A stretch of DNA of 64,000 bases, taken from positions 62,001 through 126,000 of the forward strand of contig JAQGDQ010000232.1 of the NCBI GenBank assembly GCA_030141605.1. Reading direction: 5' to 3'. This document shows, piece after piece, positions 42,601-55,446 of this stretch. The first letter of the stretch is position 1. Every line of letters starts with the position of its first letter. This DNA comes from Tubiluchus corallicola. Taxonomy: Eukaryota > Animalia > Priapulida. The notes under the pieces were generated by a model. The model saw nothing but the letters and a program-made list of their open reading frames with translations, was not told the origin of the DNA and ran no database searches. The position numbers were made by a program, and so were the translations under genes.

Positions 42601-45600
42601 AAGCCACGATATAAACTGCATAAATGAGTAAATGAGCTGTAGGCTGACACTGCTTGGTAGTGTAAACAAACAGCATGCAGTGTAAGCGTTCTTTACTTGT
42701 GACATCATCACGAGTTACACTGGCAGTACAGCTGTTTTGCCACAAAGAGATGCAGGTACAGGTGCAGCTCCAAACTCAATGATGGCCTAGTCAAATGTTT
42801 GTTTCATGTGCATTTTATTCAAATTTTGTCAACTAATCCTAAACATACGATCTGCGTGAAAGTTCAGGTATGACTAGTATTTGCAATATATCAGCAAGTT
42901 ATTCAAGCTTAACTTAATTTTGGTGCTATTACTCCTTTAGTTGTTTGACAACAAAACGTAACATGTTATAAAACCATATTCTTTAAGGCTTCATAAGCCT
43001 TCATAAGAAGGCTTCTTTTTTATATTGTGAACTTTCTTTATGCATTCAACTGTTTATTTAGCATGACAGCACAAACAAATCAAAATTCTAGCTATCTACA
43101 TGCCAAACTTTTGAAAAGACTGGAAACTATGTCACATTCTCCTAATATGCCTTGTAATTCTTGTTACATCATTTATAGTAAGAATGATGTTAGAAGAAAC
43201 AACATCAGTGAATCTGGTGACGAGTTTATTGATTTACCATTTACTAAAATTTAATCCTTGAAATGATTAGTGTATTAGTAGGTATTGGTAGATGTATGCA
43301 CTTGTAGAGTACCTTTTTAATTAGTGTCGTCTTTTATTGCCAGGTTGATGAGCATATGAAAGCAAGAAGTGAAAGTTCGTCATCTCATCATTCACCTGTT
43401 CTGACTCCTCATCCTTCTCCTGCACCCACGCCACCCTCTGCTCCCACGCCACCTCCTTCTGTCACTTCTTATACTGTCCCACCGCATGTTCAAGAACATT
43501 CCATTCAACCTGTCTTAAAGGTTCTCGATGTTCCGTCTGAACTTCAGCCGTTGCTTGCACCTACTAGCAGTGCTTCACGGGCAACAGTGCAGCAGTTGGA
43601 TGTTCCATGTTCTACTGATTCTCCTGGTGGCAATCAAGGCATGAAACCCGGTCTGCTTGCTATGCCTGTCATGCCAGCAAGACCTCCATTACTCCCTACG
43701 CCTCCATTGGCAACAGGTATTAGCAATGCAAATGTACCTGACATACAACATGCCTGCACCTTACTAGCAGGGCTCTTTACAGCAACCTCATCTACAGTCA
43801 CTGCTTCTCAACCTTCTGCACTCGATTCTCTTCATCAGCAACAGAAAGCAAAACCTTTTCAGTCTACTGATCCTCAATTGACATCTTCTGTAACCACAAC
43901 GAAACCAAAATCTGTTGCAAATACCAAAGTTGTTGAAACATTTACGGCTCCATTTGCTGCTAAGGACATTGCACCTGGGAGCATTACGTCTACCACGTTT
44001 CAGCCGCAGTTAAACACCTCTGAATTACCAAAACCTCAAGTGCAAGTTGAAGTACACAATACCAAGCCTAAAGGAGGCCTGCCTCCGAAGGCTACGTCGA
44101 CTCCATCGAAGGAGGTGTCATCAACCGCTGGTCCTAATCTGGCATTTCAGCCATCTGTGTCATCATCTGATGCTTGGAAAGCTAGACAAGCGAGTGGAGA
44201 TGCTTACTGGAGACTTGGTTATGCTAGGAGCATTCCCATAATTGCACAAGAACATGGGGATTTTACATTCCAGAAACCAAAACCGGGTTAGTGTTTCTTT
44301 CATTCAACATAAAAAAAAGAAATTATCGTGTGAGTGGATAAAAATTGTAATCTTACACTTTCTGTGTATTACTAATTTAGTAATTCTTATTGAATCAATT
44401 TAAGTATATATCATTGTTGGTGATTTAAAAAGGATACAAGTAAGAGTTAGACGTAAGTAAAATATTGTAGCTGCATTTAATCAACTCTTCAACAATTGAG
44501 TACTATTTGTTAGAATGTGGTTTTAAAAAATGACTCAGCATGATTGCTACTGCAGGATAGCTTTGCTAGTAGTAGAAGCTTAGTGGTAATGCATGCCAGT
44601 AGTAGATTAACTGAATACAGTATTAATTTTAATAAATATTTGGCAATGGATAATTACATGGTCACGGAGAGTCATGTACGTTATGTTTATGTCATATATC
44701 TGTCTGTATCATATTAATGAAAATCGAATGTAAAGACAATAAAATTTATAACATCTGCTGTCAAGTATAGATTCTTCTCAGCCTATAAGATTGAGTATTA
44801 TACCACAGTTTTGCTGTCCAGAAAGGTTTTCCTGAAAGTTTTCTATAGTCTGAGTGGTTGTCGACCCAACTCTTAAGTGCTGTCATTTGACACCAATTCA
44901 TCAGTTGATCATGCGTTTGAGATTGAGACATTGTAAAAGAATCAAATAAAATAAGAAGCTTACTAGTTAGTATTAGTAGTTGGCAACATAGGCAGTCCTT
45001 GATGCCGACCATTCATGCTCATGCATGCAAGATTTATGAGCAGATCGTTCTGTCCATTTGTTGTTTAGTCTGGAAATAAAAAGCGACTTGCTTAATAAGA
45101 TGCTATTATTTCATAAAAGTACAATGAATTTGGTTTTGATGATATTAAGTTCATAATATGCTGGCTTGTAGCCATTCGCTTTAGGCTATAAAACATGGCG
45201 AATTACTGAAGAATCGTGTTATTTAGTTTATCTACTTCTTATGACATTATTATTTAATAATAAAATTAAAGCTAATAAGTGCTTTTATTTTAAGCAGTAA
45301 ATGCTCAGCAGCAGAAAGCTAAGAAGCCAGTGCAGTCTACTCGAGTGGCCACGACTCGAGCACTGCCCGGGCACACTGCTGCTGCACTACTGAACACTGG
45401 CAAAGCTGATAAACCTGCCACTCAGATGACATCTCTTGAGAAGCCTAGGAACATTGAAAAATTGATGAACCAATTAGAGACAGAATTTCCAGGAGTACCT
45501 CAGTATACATATTTTGTTTTATTATATACAGCTAAAGGCGTTCTTATTTAACTGTATTTTTTATAAGTTTGACAGCGTATCAAGATTAGTTTGTGTGCAT

Positions 45601-48554
45601 GTACTACACATCAAATGAGTTTCTAAGTTAGTAACAAAATTAAATCAATTTACTTGCTTAGCATTTATATGAAAATTCTTTTTTCTCTACTTACCGTACG
45701 GGTCATTATGACATAGCTAGAAAATTGTGTCTACTGCATAATATAATACAATTTGGTTTGCACTACTATAAGTTCATCTTCAGGGAAAAATGTTTTTGCT
45801 TCAGTAAAATGTAAATTTATAGACAGTTAGCTTCTTTGAATAGCCGTCACTGACTCTGATTTTTTTAAAAGTTTTATCAAAAAACTCATTGCCCAAAATC
45901 GTAAATTCAAAGGAGCTTATATTTTTGTCATACAAGTGCTTTATAGAGAAATGTTACACAAAAACCATTTTATTGCATGTCTGTCTTTAAAATGCAAGTA
46001 TTGTACAGTCTGATTTTACAAAATAACTTTTGCAGTAACTTTTATAAAATGCCAATTCACCTGAAGAAAAATGACCTAGTGCCTAGACAGACATGTTTTT
46101 GGCTAAATTAAACAGCAGAAAGCGGCTCTGTTTGTTTGCATATAAATTGCCTTTTATATTTGTTGGTAATTTTGATTTGATTGTGATTATTGATTCACTC
46201 TGATGCTATGTGTAATGTGCTGTAACATATCCTGTGTTTTATGTGAAGTTAGCCTCTGATTACTGTTTCTGTTTGAATTTCAGGTCTACATTTCATAAGT
46301 ATATTAAAGAAGTGCGTACTTCTAGAGGAGGGACATTATCTGGCATTAGTATTGGCGAAATTGTGAAGAAAGTTGCTGAAAGAATGCATAAAGCTCACCT
46401 TCAGGTATATGTTAGAATATATTAGTGATTGAACAATGCAGGGAAAATTTGTCAAACTGCTCCTTAGAGTTCTCAGTTAATTGATTAATGAAGTTATGTC
46501 ATTATTTTCTAAAAACTTCTTTTAGAAACATACAAAATTTCGATCAGTATACATGTTTTATCATACCTGCCTTATCCCTAGATTCACTACCAGTGTGCAA
46601 TGTGATTTGTTAAGAGTTTAACAATTTTGAATATTCTTGTGGCACTGTAGACTAGAGCCGAATGTGAATCACGTTGCCTTTATTGCTTATTACTAATATT
46701 TGGTGTTTTCAGCTTTAGCAAATTTACAAAGAACCAATTGAGAAATTAAATTTTTTAATAGGATGCAATCCTACAGTTTAATTAGCTTACAGAAGAAACT
46801 TCAGGTCATTAACATTATTGTAATTAACAGAAATAAAATAATTAACATTATTTTTACATTTTTATGTTTTAATTATCTTGATGTGTTAAATCTGCTAGCA
46901 TTGATATCTAAACATCCAACAAATTTAGCTGGGGATGAAATATGCTGCAACAGTGGATAGCGTTCCATAGGCAGGTTGTCTGTTTCTTAAGCAAAACCTG
47001 TCTGACAAATGGCCAACACATTTGACTCTTAGTGTGCCATTTGGGAAGTAGTTCTTTGCCCCACCACTCCGTTATACATAAAAAGCTATCATTTTGCTAA
47101 AGCTTCATGTGATTTACCTTTAGTCAATGATTGTGTAACAATTTTTTTCCAACAGGCTAAAGAGTATGCAGAGAGTCGTCCAAAAGCCTGGCAAAATTCA
47201 ACGCAAGACAGAGGCAGTAATTGGTCTCAGAAGGGAGATGAGGATGATTGTGTAATTTGTCATGATCCCATGATGACTAATTCAGCGGCTATGTTAAAGT
47301 GTGGTCACAAATTCCACAGTGGTGTAAGTATACATGTAATCAGATAATTCTGTTTATATAGTCTATTTAAACTTACAATACAGTGTGCACATTGTTTTTA
47401 CAAAAAAAAAACAAGCAATTCATTGGCTGTAAAATACAATATAAATTTAACCCATCACCTTAACACTATTTCAGATTAAAACAGTTTCCATTCTACAACG
47501 AGTAGAGTTTATGAAGTTGTTTTTGTTAAAACAAGAGGTTGCTTATGGAATAAATGTATCTTTATACACATTTATTCAATGTTTGAGGTTGCTTTATGCA
47601 AATTTGGGGAAAAATAGAAACTTCAACTTGCTTTCAAAGATTTGGAATCAAGTTGGATCTTGTCGTACTATTGTGCAAAGAGGTTCAAGATCAACATTTA
47701 AGGCTTACTGGTTTGAAACAAGCCAGGGAGCTTGCAAAAACTTGTTTGTTCATTCCATGTGAGACATTTGCTTTTCAAACCCATTTTCAGGCTGCTACTC
47801 GTATCTTGCATGGTTTTATGCAATTTCAAATGGTTTTCTGCAGGTTCACATGTTATTCTACCTCTTAACACGGCTCCTGCGTATTAGAATGGAAAACATC
47901 TGCACATGTCAAAAGTCCGTGCCATTTTGTGAAATCATGCACGACTGAATGAAATCCTGTAAAATATTTAAAATCATTTAAAACTTGAGACTGCCTAAGT
48001 GCTCACTCTGTAAATGGCCTAGTAGGAGTGGCTTAAGAAGAAATGCAGTGTGAACGTTTACACTGTTTTCTGCAGCCAAAATTTTGTAGAAAAGGCATAA
48101 CAAACGGCTTGTATTAAGTTTCTGCACCATTTTTTGCACATCGACAGCAATCATAACAGGTCTGGAAAATCTACACAGACTGACACACGTAATTTATGTG
48201 ACATTTCTTCTGGAGGGGGTCACAAATTTTTTACTTAAAATTTTTTCTCATAATTTTAATAGAAAAAAGTTCAAGTGTTTTCGTTTTTGTGTATCACATT
48301 CAGAGTTTGGAAGGACGAACTCTAGTAATGTAATTGAGTTGAAGAACATTTTGTCATCTATTGAATTTTTGAAAATTGAAATCTTTGATGGCTGTGCAAT
48401 ATCTGTTCATAACAGGAATACATGACGTTACTTTTAATTTGTACTTTTATTTTCTTGTTAGTGTATAAGACAATGGTTGAAGGAACAGAGTACGTGCCCA
48501 ACTTGCCGAGTGTATGCATTGCTGAGCGACGAATATCCTGAACTTAGCAAGTAG
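5600..48554 (+). CDS. TTC3: TTC3-like E3 ubiquitin-protein ligase (TPR repeats, Cys/His-rich region, coiled coil, C-terminal RING-H2); 30 coding exons, about 2,907 aa
   Basis: GT-AG exons that join in phase: 5600-5728, 7109-7151, 8930(or 8936)-9089, 9750-9849, 11564-11703, 13100-13259, 14173-14385, 15132-15285, 15557-15687, 16815-16952, 17960-18040, 19103-19212, 19993-20104, 21092-21195, 21373-21493, 22128-22288, 28575-28780, 29963-30182, 30865-31014, 31573-31680, 32224-36061, 37350-37558, 38219-38407, 39099-39204, 41252-41362, 43344-44286, 45298-45502, 46284-46404, 47156-47323, 48462-48554 (sum 8,724 nt, ending TAG). TTC3-family motifs recognised: [146 protein letters not shown]. The N-terminal exons are the least certain. 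Confidence 0.88.
5798..6115 (+). mobile_element. 3' end of an L2/CR1-type LINE in TTC3 intron 1
   Basis: FSVAGPRQWNKLPLDLCCCTKFDVFKKKLKTRLFILAF* resembles the L2 ORF2 C-terminus (FSxAAPxxWNxLP...FKxxLKTxLF). It is followed by an L2-like tail (tgtaagacgcc...gtgctacaaat) and an (ATA)n-like repeat. Confidence 0.75.
10112..10190. mobile_element. Fragment of a pogo/Tigger-type MITE
   Basis: TA-CAGT start followed by ctcgttata/gggacc motifs; resembles 11130-11290. Confidence 0.45.
11130..11290. mobile_element. Fragment of a pogo/Tigger-type MITE
   Basis: Repeated ctcgttataa/ctcattataa motifs ending ACTG-TA; shares tgaaa.ttt.cttg.g(t)aacc with the 10112 copy. Confidence 0.45.
14173..14385 (+). CDS. 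TTC3: TTC3-like exon 7, TPR repeats
   Basis: ag|TAC AGT GCA GTG TGG AAA...GCT AAG|gtgag; encodes [71 protein letters not shown], a typical TPR pattern. Confidence 0.93.
16490..16790. repeat. Degenerate triplet-periodic low-complexity tract (GCT/ACT/ATT/GTT/GCA/ATA)
   Basis: Recurrent tagctattgct, gcaactgtt and gctactg motifs over about 300 bp. Confidence 0.7.
24056..24356 (+). mobile_element. GC-rich non-autonomous transposon insertion, possibly Helitron-like
   Basis: Abrupt GC/CpG-rich block in an AT-rich intron, with a TATATA..ATAAGA start and a weakly self-complementary GC-rich 3' end followed by tagttggt. No TIRs and no canonical CTAG end. Confidence 0.4.
32224..36061 (+). CDS. TTC3: TTC3-like giant exon 21 (3,838 nt): acidic, probably disordered region plus start of the coiled coil
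   Basis: Lies inside the 1294-aa ORF. Acceptor tttttag|G TAC GGT is phase 2, matching the previous exon's AA|gtaagt. Donor TTT GAG|gtaagc. Confidence 0.9.
39610..39671. repeat. (TA)n microsatellite, interrupted
   Basis: tatatatgtatatatata... run of about 60 bp. Confidence 0.92.
40420..40760 (+). mobile_element. Highly degenerate L2-type LINE RT fragment in a TTC3 intron
   Basis: NIDSNNFVKYHPLFTLSFLAKVIKCLDVPQLLTHLS resembles LDPxxxxNYRPISNLPFLSKVLExxVxxQLxxHL of L2 RTs. Boundaries are approximate. Confidence 0.55.
43344..44286 (+). CDS. TTC3: TTC3-like exon 26, Pro/Ser/Thr-rich region
   Basis: ttgccag|GTT GAT GAG CAT ATG...CCG G|gttagt; covers the 311-aa ORF; phases fit both neighbouring exons. 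Confidence 0.88.
47156..48554 (+). CDS. TTC3: TTC3-like last two exons (47156-47323, 48462-48554) encoding the RING-H2 finger
   Basis: Spliced translation [57 protein letters not shown], a C3H2C3 pattern. Confidence 0.93.
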
Positions 48555-51115
48555 AGATATTAAACACACAGTTGACATAATGAGGAATTCAAATTCCTAA
48601 GTATAACAGGTCTTCTTGATGTTGACTGACATCTATTAAACCCACTTGTGAACTTAACAAGAAATTCTGAAGCTGATGAACTTGAACTTGTCAGCTAGTA
48701 ATTTGAGTTTCTAGCTTCGCAAGAAATTTTATAAAGTAGGCTTGTTGTGGAATCAGCTTTTGAATTCGTCTTTTAGTATTGAACTTGACATATAATCCCA
48801 CGTTTAGTTATAAGCTTAAATCAGTAACCCTGGTCTTAACAAGCAATCATGGATTACAAATAATTCCATCTTTGTAAACTATGCGAGTCATCAGACATCG
48901 GGCAGTTTAGTAGCAACCTTTCAATATTCTTTTTTTCAGTATTTCTAATTCATATCTATTTCATTAGATTTTGTAAATTTTTGAATTATAATTACTGTTC
49001 TTTAATTTCTGTGCAAGACAAGCAAGTCGCAAATGTTTCTAGAATTACAAACTTTGGTATCGCGTGAATATATTAAAACACAGTTTTAAGTTCTGTTAAG
49101 TAAAGAAATAGATAAAATATTTAAACAAGCAAGCTAGCTAGTATTTTAGAATGTGTTTTATAAATTGTGATTTAATTACCATAGCAACCTGCTATGCATT
49201 GTGTTTAGTTTTCATGCACATTATTTTTATGCCATCATTTTGAAAACATAACTTATATCTGCTGTGATTTTTTCTTCTACGATATTTAATTTAAGCCTTT
49301 AGAAAATTTAGATACTGCTACCTGCACTCTACAAATAAGTTGTATATTAAAATTTCATAACTAACTTTGCACTTATTTTTTCACGACTTTCTAGTTTTTT
49401 CAACTCTCTGACTATTTGAAATTGGTTTCTGCAAAATTTGCTCTTTGCTCCATTTGTCAGTGACACATATTTGTTACATAATAACAATTATTTGCTGTCG
49501 TTGTTAGCTTGTACCTCATTCCTTTGTTATGTAAGTAGTACACTTACAAAATTTGTACTCTTATGCCACTAAGTAGGGATTTCATCTAGGTGATCTGGTT
49601 TTATCACTGCTGTTATATAAGGTGTATTTTTAAATTGATGACAATGCATTGTCAAGTATAATAAATTTATACATTTTAAGACTTCAGAGATTTGCATGAC
49701 TGTTGGTAAAATAGCAATTATTTGATTCTTTACATAGTTATAGTACTTTATTTTTATGTTTGTAGTCAGTTAAAACACACAGTGAAGAATAGTCAAAACA
49801 GATCAAAAAGTATTTGCTGTTTTGTAATTGTGACATTTTATTGTTGATGATACGTTTTATAAATACATTTAATTTTGAATATACTTTGAGTTTTATTTCT
49901 TTATTTGTGATATTGCCATATTAGAAACATTGCATATTATGAGGACACTCTTTAGAGACATCACACTATTTTGAAGATTGGGTTAATTGTGTCTGCTGGA
50001 AATGTGAGTTTCTAAAATATTTCCTCATGCTGGCAGTCTGAAAATGATTGCATCCCTTGGTTACACATGCTGTTTTATAAATTTTTTTGACTTTTGTCCT
50101 TGGTCTAACTGAATAGTGTTCATCCACCTGTCTATCAATGCAAGGTTATGCCGCTTGTTTAGTGATCACTGATCACATATGCTTCCTACCAAACAATTTT
50201 GTAATGAATACAAAAAAGCACAATGCTGACTTTTTTGCATAAAATCTAGTTGAGCAATGCGCACAAGACTTATTGTTAACGGGTTACAAAATACTACTCC
50301 ACGTAATTATACCCAATCATAATATTATAATCTTTTAATTATGGGCACTGCATATTATATTTTATATGCACTGCATACGTGTGTGTATGTGTTTTTCAGA
50401 TATGCGAAAAACTGCCAAAAATGGGTGTTTTCCGCAATACCTTTTTTCAAAAATTTTTGTAGTAGGCCTACCTTATAGGATCTAAGAGAGAGTATGGCTC
50501 CTTAGACAGGTGAACACGCTTTTACAATTAACGTGGGTAGGTCTGTTAAAAATTCATACATTACAGCCAAAAGGCGGTTGATTGTACATTTTCAACCAAG
50601 TTCTATTTTGAGAGTTACTCACTACGAAACTATGACGCAAAATCATTGTTGTGGTGTCATTTGTTAGGCTCTGCTTAATGCCCTAGGCCTAAAAATGCCT
50701 ACTGGTCCTGCATGCATGTACTTTTTGGTGGATGTCTCATCTTTGTTGTGACACTTGCCAATCTACTGTTTTAAATGTACTAGGAACAAATTAAGTTGAG
50801 TTGACGTAGATTATAAATATCTATGGTGTATACTGCAGTGTATACGTATTTGTAAAACGAGCTTGCAGGAAAACCAGACGGTAATGGACATTCTGTGTAG
50901 GAGACTCGGAGGACATATAGCCGGGTCATAAGAATTTACCAAATTCTTTTAAAAATTAACCTGCTTTTACGATTACCCTGCCTGGCACGTGTCATTTGGG
51001 TGAAAACGGGCATAATAATAATCTCTGTTATGTAGTTGTAGTATTGTTATTTACAGTCAGTCAGTTATTTATTGTTATTTTAACAGTTAATCTAAAAGCC
51101 GTCTTTAAGTAAAGG

Positions 51116-51179
51116 TTATTATTATTATTATTGTTGTTTTTGTTGTTTTTGTTACTGCTGCTGTTATTATTATCATCAT
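51116..51179. repeat. Compound (TTA)/(TTG)/(CTG)/(ATC) microsatellite
   Basis: ttattattattattattgttgtt...ctgctgctgttattattatcatcat. Confidence 0.8.
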
Positions 51180-51526
51180 AGATGCTGAGTCTAATTTGAA
51201 CAGATCCTCAAAGCAACAGTTTATGGCAATATTTTATTTGTTTAGCTGATCATTGAAATTGCCATTGAATTTAAAGGAATACAAAATAAGGTACTGTAGA
51301 ATTTTTATTTATTTCCTGTTCTAAGCTATTTCATAAGTTACTTAATTATTTATTTATACTTTCCAAGTTCAGTCGTGGGACCTGGAGCAAATACACTAAC
51401 ACGAATTGAACAAAAACGCATGAAGTGATGACGTTTTAGTGAACGCAAAGCTTGGTGGTAACAGCCATAGCTATTCATGGAGTTTTCCAGTTTTTTCTTT
51501 CTTATTGTACGTTTTGACTTGATAAA

Positions 51527-54500
51527 ATGGATATAAGAAAGCTGAAAAACGAGGAAAAGTTATCACTTTGTCGAAAGTATTATTTAGGTTTGTATGTTTG
51601 TTTTTTGGGAGGCGTTAGGGTGGTAGTTCTTTGGACTAGAGCTACAAACGTAAAAAACGTTTTAATCGTAGCTGCCCTTTCTGCAACCAATACGCTGTTA
51701 AACAAAACAATTTTTTGTTTTGCGGTAAGAGTTGATTAGAAATTTTTTGTGCAGAATTGTTTGTCAAGGTTATTTTTAAAGCACGTCACATTAGTAGCAC
51801 TAACTAGAGTAGATGTTCTACTTCTAGTAACGAGTTCCAGAGACGAATCTCAGCATTGAGAAAACTAAGTGGATATCTGTCGGCGTTGGCTTTTCGCTGA
51901 AGCATGTAACTGTGTCCTCTGGTGCTACTGGTACTTCTAATGAATTCATCCGGGTTGACATATTTGAATCTATGGTAGGGCTTGATGGCCTCGCAACAAC
52001 TAAGTTCTCTTTATTATAATGTACAGCATGGATACTGAGCACCCATAAATGATTGATTTTTACTCTCCAATCTTCTCTGTCCAGATGTATTACTTGTATG
52101 TGAGGACATTGGGGCTTCAGGAGTGCCAGCACTCTCCTCTACCATATTAATTTCATCCTACTTGTGACATGGGTGCTACTAATACTATTTACTGGTAATC
52201 ACCACCCAATCTGGGCTTCCTCTGTGGGAGTCAGCTATAATAGTAACACCTTAAGTGATAAGTTGGCTGCTGTAAAATTTACTATACTGTTTTAATATAT
52301 AGGGTTTATTTTCATTTCAGCAGTTATCATGACCTTGTATGTATCAACTATTCTAACAGCTTTGGCACTAATGATATGATCCGGAGAATAGATTCGTCAC
52401 ATTTGTGTGCCAGTGATGAAGTGTCATTTCATAGTCAGATTTACTCAGCAATCCAAGCATCTTGTTGTTACTGGGATCGATGAACTTCTTAAGATGACTT
52501 GCCTAGAATTGCCTTTTTTGAGCTTTGAATTGTGGAATTGAAATAACATTTACAAAGTTCTCAGATAGTTCTTATTTCAAACATTTCTAGCATGGGCTGA
52601 AAAGAAATTTTGTCTTTCCCATTTAGAAACAGATTTCTTGTTGATTTTAAGTGAATGCCTTCTTATCTTATGGTGTATCTGAAGTTCAAAAGTTTGTTTC
52701 AGTTCAGTTTGATCAATACCTTTGCTCTCTTTTTATATTGTAGGTCTGAAGTTCAAAAAGCTTATTACTGTCAATTTGGTCAGCACCCTTGAGAATTCTC
52801 AATGTCTGAATCATATCCTACCTGTGTCTTCCGTAATCAACTGTTGTAAGTCCTAAGTGTCGGGAGTTACAAGGATAGATTTTTTTCGGCGATCTCTGGA
52901 ATCATTCTGGTTGCTCATCCCTGAGTGCTTTCAAGTTCACATATCATGCCATGTCTAGTTCTAAGGGTTCCAGATCACACCAGCTTTATCTGTGTGTCCA
53001 AATATCTAAAGATGCACTTTACTAATGTTAATCTACTATGCACCTTCTGCAATATTTCATGGATGTGACTTGCAAATTGCAGCTTATTGTCCACAATGAC
53101 GCCAAGGTCTTCTTCTCCAGAGGTATATTCATTTCTACTGAGACTAGTTTTATGCGTTATGACATAGGATAGTCAATAGTGGTTTGCTTGCCGATTTTCA
53201 TAACTTTGCATTTTTGTGGTTAAAGTACTGCACTAATTATCTGCAAATTCTGTATTAATCTACATGTGATTTGATCTTCTACATATGTTACTCAATTGGT
53301 AAATTTTAGTATCGTCAGCAAATAGTTTGATCCCACAAGTGAATATGCTGGTGGATCGTTGGTGGAGATTGAGAAGAGAATCAGTCCTAGTACACTGTCT
53401 TGAGGGATGCTACTTGTACTAATCTCCATTCTGATTTATACCTGTTTACTGCCACACATTGTCTTCTACTTTGGAAGAAACTGCAAATCTATCTTACTAA
53501 GTTACCTTTAAAACCATGCCTTTGAATTTTACATAAAAGCCTCCCATGTGGGACTCATATGCCTTCAAGAAATCATAGTAGATCGTATCCACTGCTCCAT
53601 CGACATCAAGGATTTACAGACAATCCTCTATTGTATAAATATTACTATTATTATGAATAGAAACAGTAATACCATAAAAATTCAACCTTCAATTTTTATT
53701 AAGTAACATGAATAGCTCTTTTAATAATAATTTACCCGCCAAACAGCAACAGCTGTTTTGCCACACTATTGAATCTCACTTAATTGCATGCTAAATGTGA
53801 AACAAAGTAACAGCATGTCGAAAGATAATTTGCTGTTTTCTTTGAAATAATATTTACTATTAAAAATTACCCTACAGCATGCTTTCGCATTTTGTTGAAA
53901 CATCCAGTGTTCTACACCTTGCAGTTTATATACCTATAAAATCTGCTATGCCCGAAAGAAAACGCATGTACATAAAGTTTACACGTTGTATAGTATACAG
54001 TACTTGCTACTATAGTTACCCATTAAGCTCCGTGATGAACTGATATCCTGAATTAGATGTTTTGCATTTAACTTGGAGCAGAAAAGTGTGTCTCCGGTTA
54101 GCTTTAATTTTCATTTTTATTTTCAGGAGGATTTCTGGCTCTTCCGTTTTTGTGGTTTGTTAATTCAGTTTGGTTTTTTCAAGAGGCTTTCAAAAAACCA
54201 TGGTATGAACAACAGCGCCAGATACGCTCATGTACGTTTTACTTCATAAATATTACTAATTTTGACTTAAGGTTTTGTAAAATAATCGTATTATTCGGTT
54301 AGCAGATTCCATCTAGAAGCAATAGGCGGGTAGAATGTTAAACCTCAGTTTCACCTCATCTGGATCTCTAATTTTTTAGAGTGTTTATGACTCTATTTTA
54401 GACCATCTTTACTGTATTTTTACTCCAAATGACTTTTCTTTTTTTCTGTTCTATTAAATGATATACTGGGGCTTTTTCTTCAATATTGACATTTCTTGAT

Positions 54501-55446
54501 GTTGCTTTGTTACACCTCAGTAACGTTTCATTCAATGCAATTTTGTAGGGAATTTTATGACTGTTATGAATAATGGAAACATCTGATCAATAAACGTTGG
54601 ACCTTAAAATATATCTAACTGTTAACATTTTGCCATCTCTTCAATGTTTTCATAAGTAAATCAGCATTCTGAATAAGGCTGGCTAGTTTTTTTTATTAGT
54701 AAGTTGCTTGACTTTATGTAATCTTAAAGGATAGGCAAAGCCTTCTTTTATTGCTTGCGAAAAATGTTAAAAGTATTATGTAATAAAAGTGTCACGAGTG
54801 CCTCGTATAATTAGTAAAATCACTTTAAAGTAGTTTCACGTTTGGTCGACTCCCATTTTAAATGCCCATTCTTCTACTAATGACGTTGTTCATCAGCTGA
54901 AAAAGAGCAGTGCACTGTTAATTTCGTTCACATGTATAATAAGTTTTTACAAAGTTAATTTTGAGATATTTTTGTATAAACATTAGGTAAGCTGCAAAAG
55001 TTTGAATTAGTTTAAGCAGCATGCTGAAAATTTCTATACAGTGTTAGTATAAGTGAATAATGCATTGTAGGCAGTCTTTTTACAAATCTCTTTGTGGTAT
55101 TTTTATGTTTTATATTTACCTTTCCAGTAGCATCAGTGGCTTTTTCTCCATTAATTAATAGCTGGTGTTGATATGCTAACTAGGCATCTGCTTGGAAGCA
55201 TTATTGACCAACAGTCAGACAGGTTTCTCTACTAGGAAGCCAGCCTTTCTAGGTTGGTTGCTGGATGTGCTATCAGCTAACTGTTTTCTCTCTTGTTTTT
55301 CTGCAGATGTTATTAAATCTATGATAGGCTCGTTTCTATGGCTTGCTGTGCTAGTCACCTGGATAGTGATATTCCAGCTGAATCGTGCCAAATGGGGAGC
55401 TGTAGGTGACCGTATAAGCTTTGTAATACCGGCTGGGATTCCTTGA
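51527..55446 (+). CDS. PSENEN: Gamma-secretase subunit PEN-2 (presenilin enhancer 2), 101 aa, 3 coding exons
   Basis: Exons 51527-51587, 54127-54231 and 55307-55446 (306 nt) give [101 protein letters not shown]. This has the hallmark PEN-2 motifs ([14 protein letters not shown], LPFLWxVN, WGAxGDxxSFxIPxGxP) and the usual length. Confidence 0.96.
52480..53635 (-). mobile_element. Decayed, 5'-truncated CR1/L2-clade LINE reverse transcriptase in PEN-2 intron 1
   Basis: The minus strand reads, with frameshifts, YYDFLKAY (DFxKAFD-like), [19 protein letters not shown] (GVPQGSVLGP motif), [10 protein letters not shown] (catalytic YADD-like) and [13 protein letters not shown]. Boundaries are approximate. 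Confidence 0.85.
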
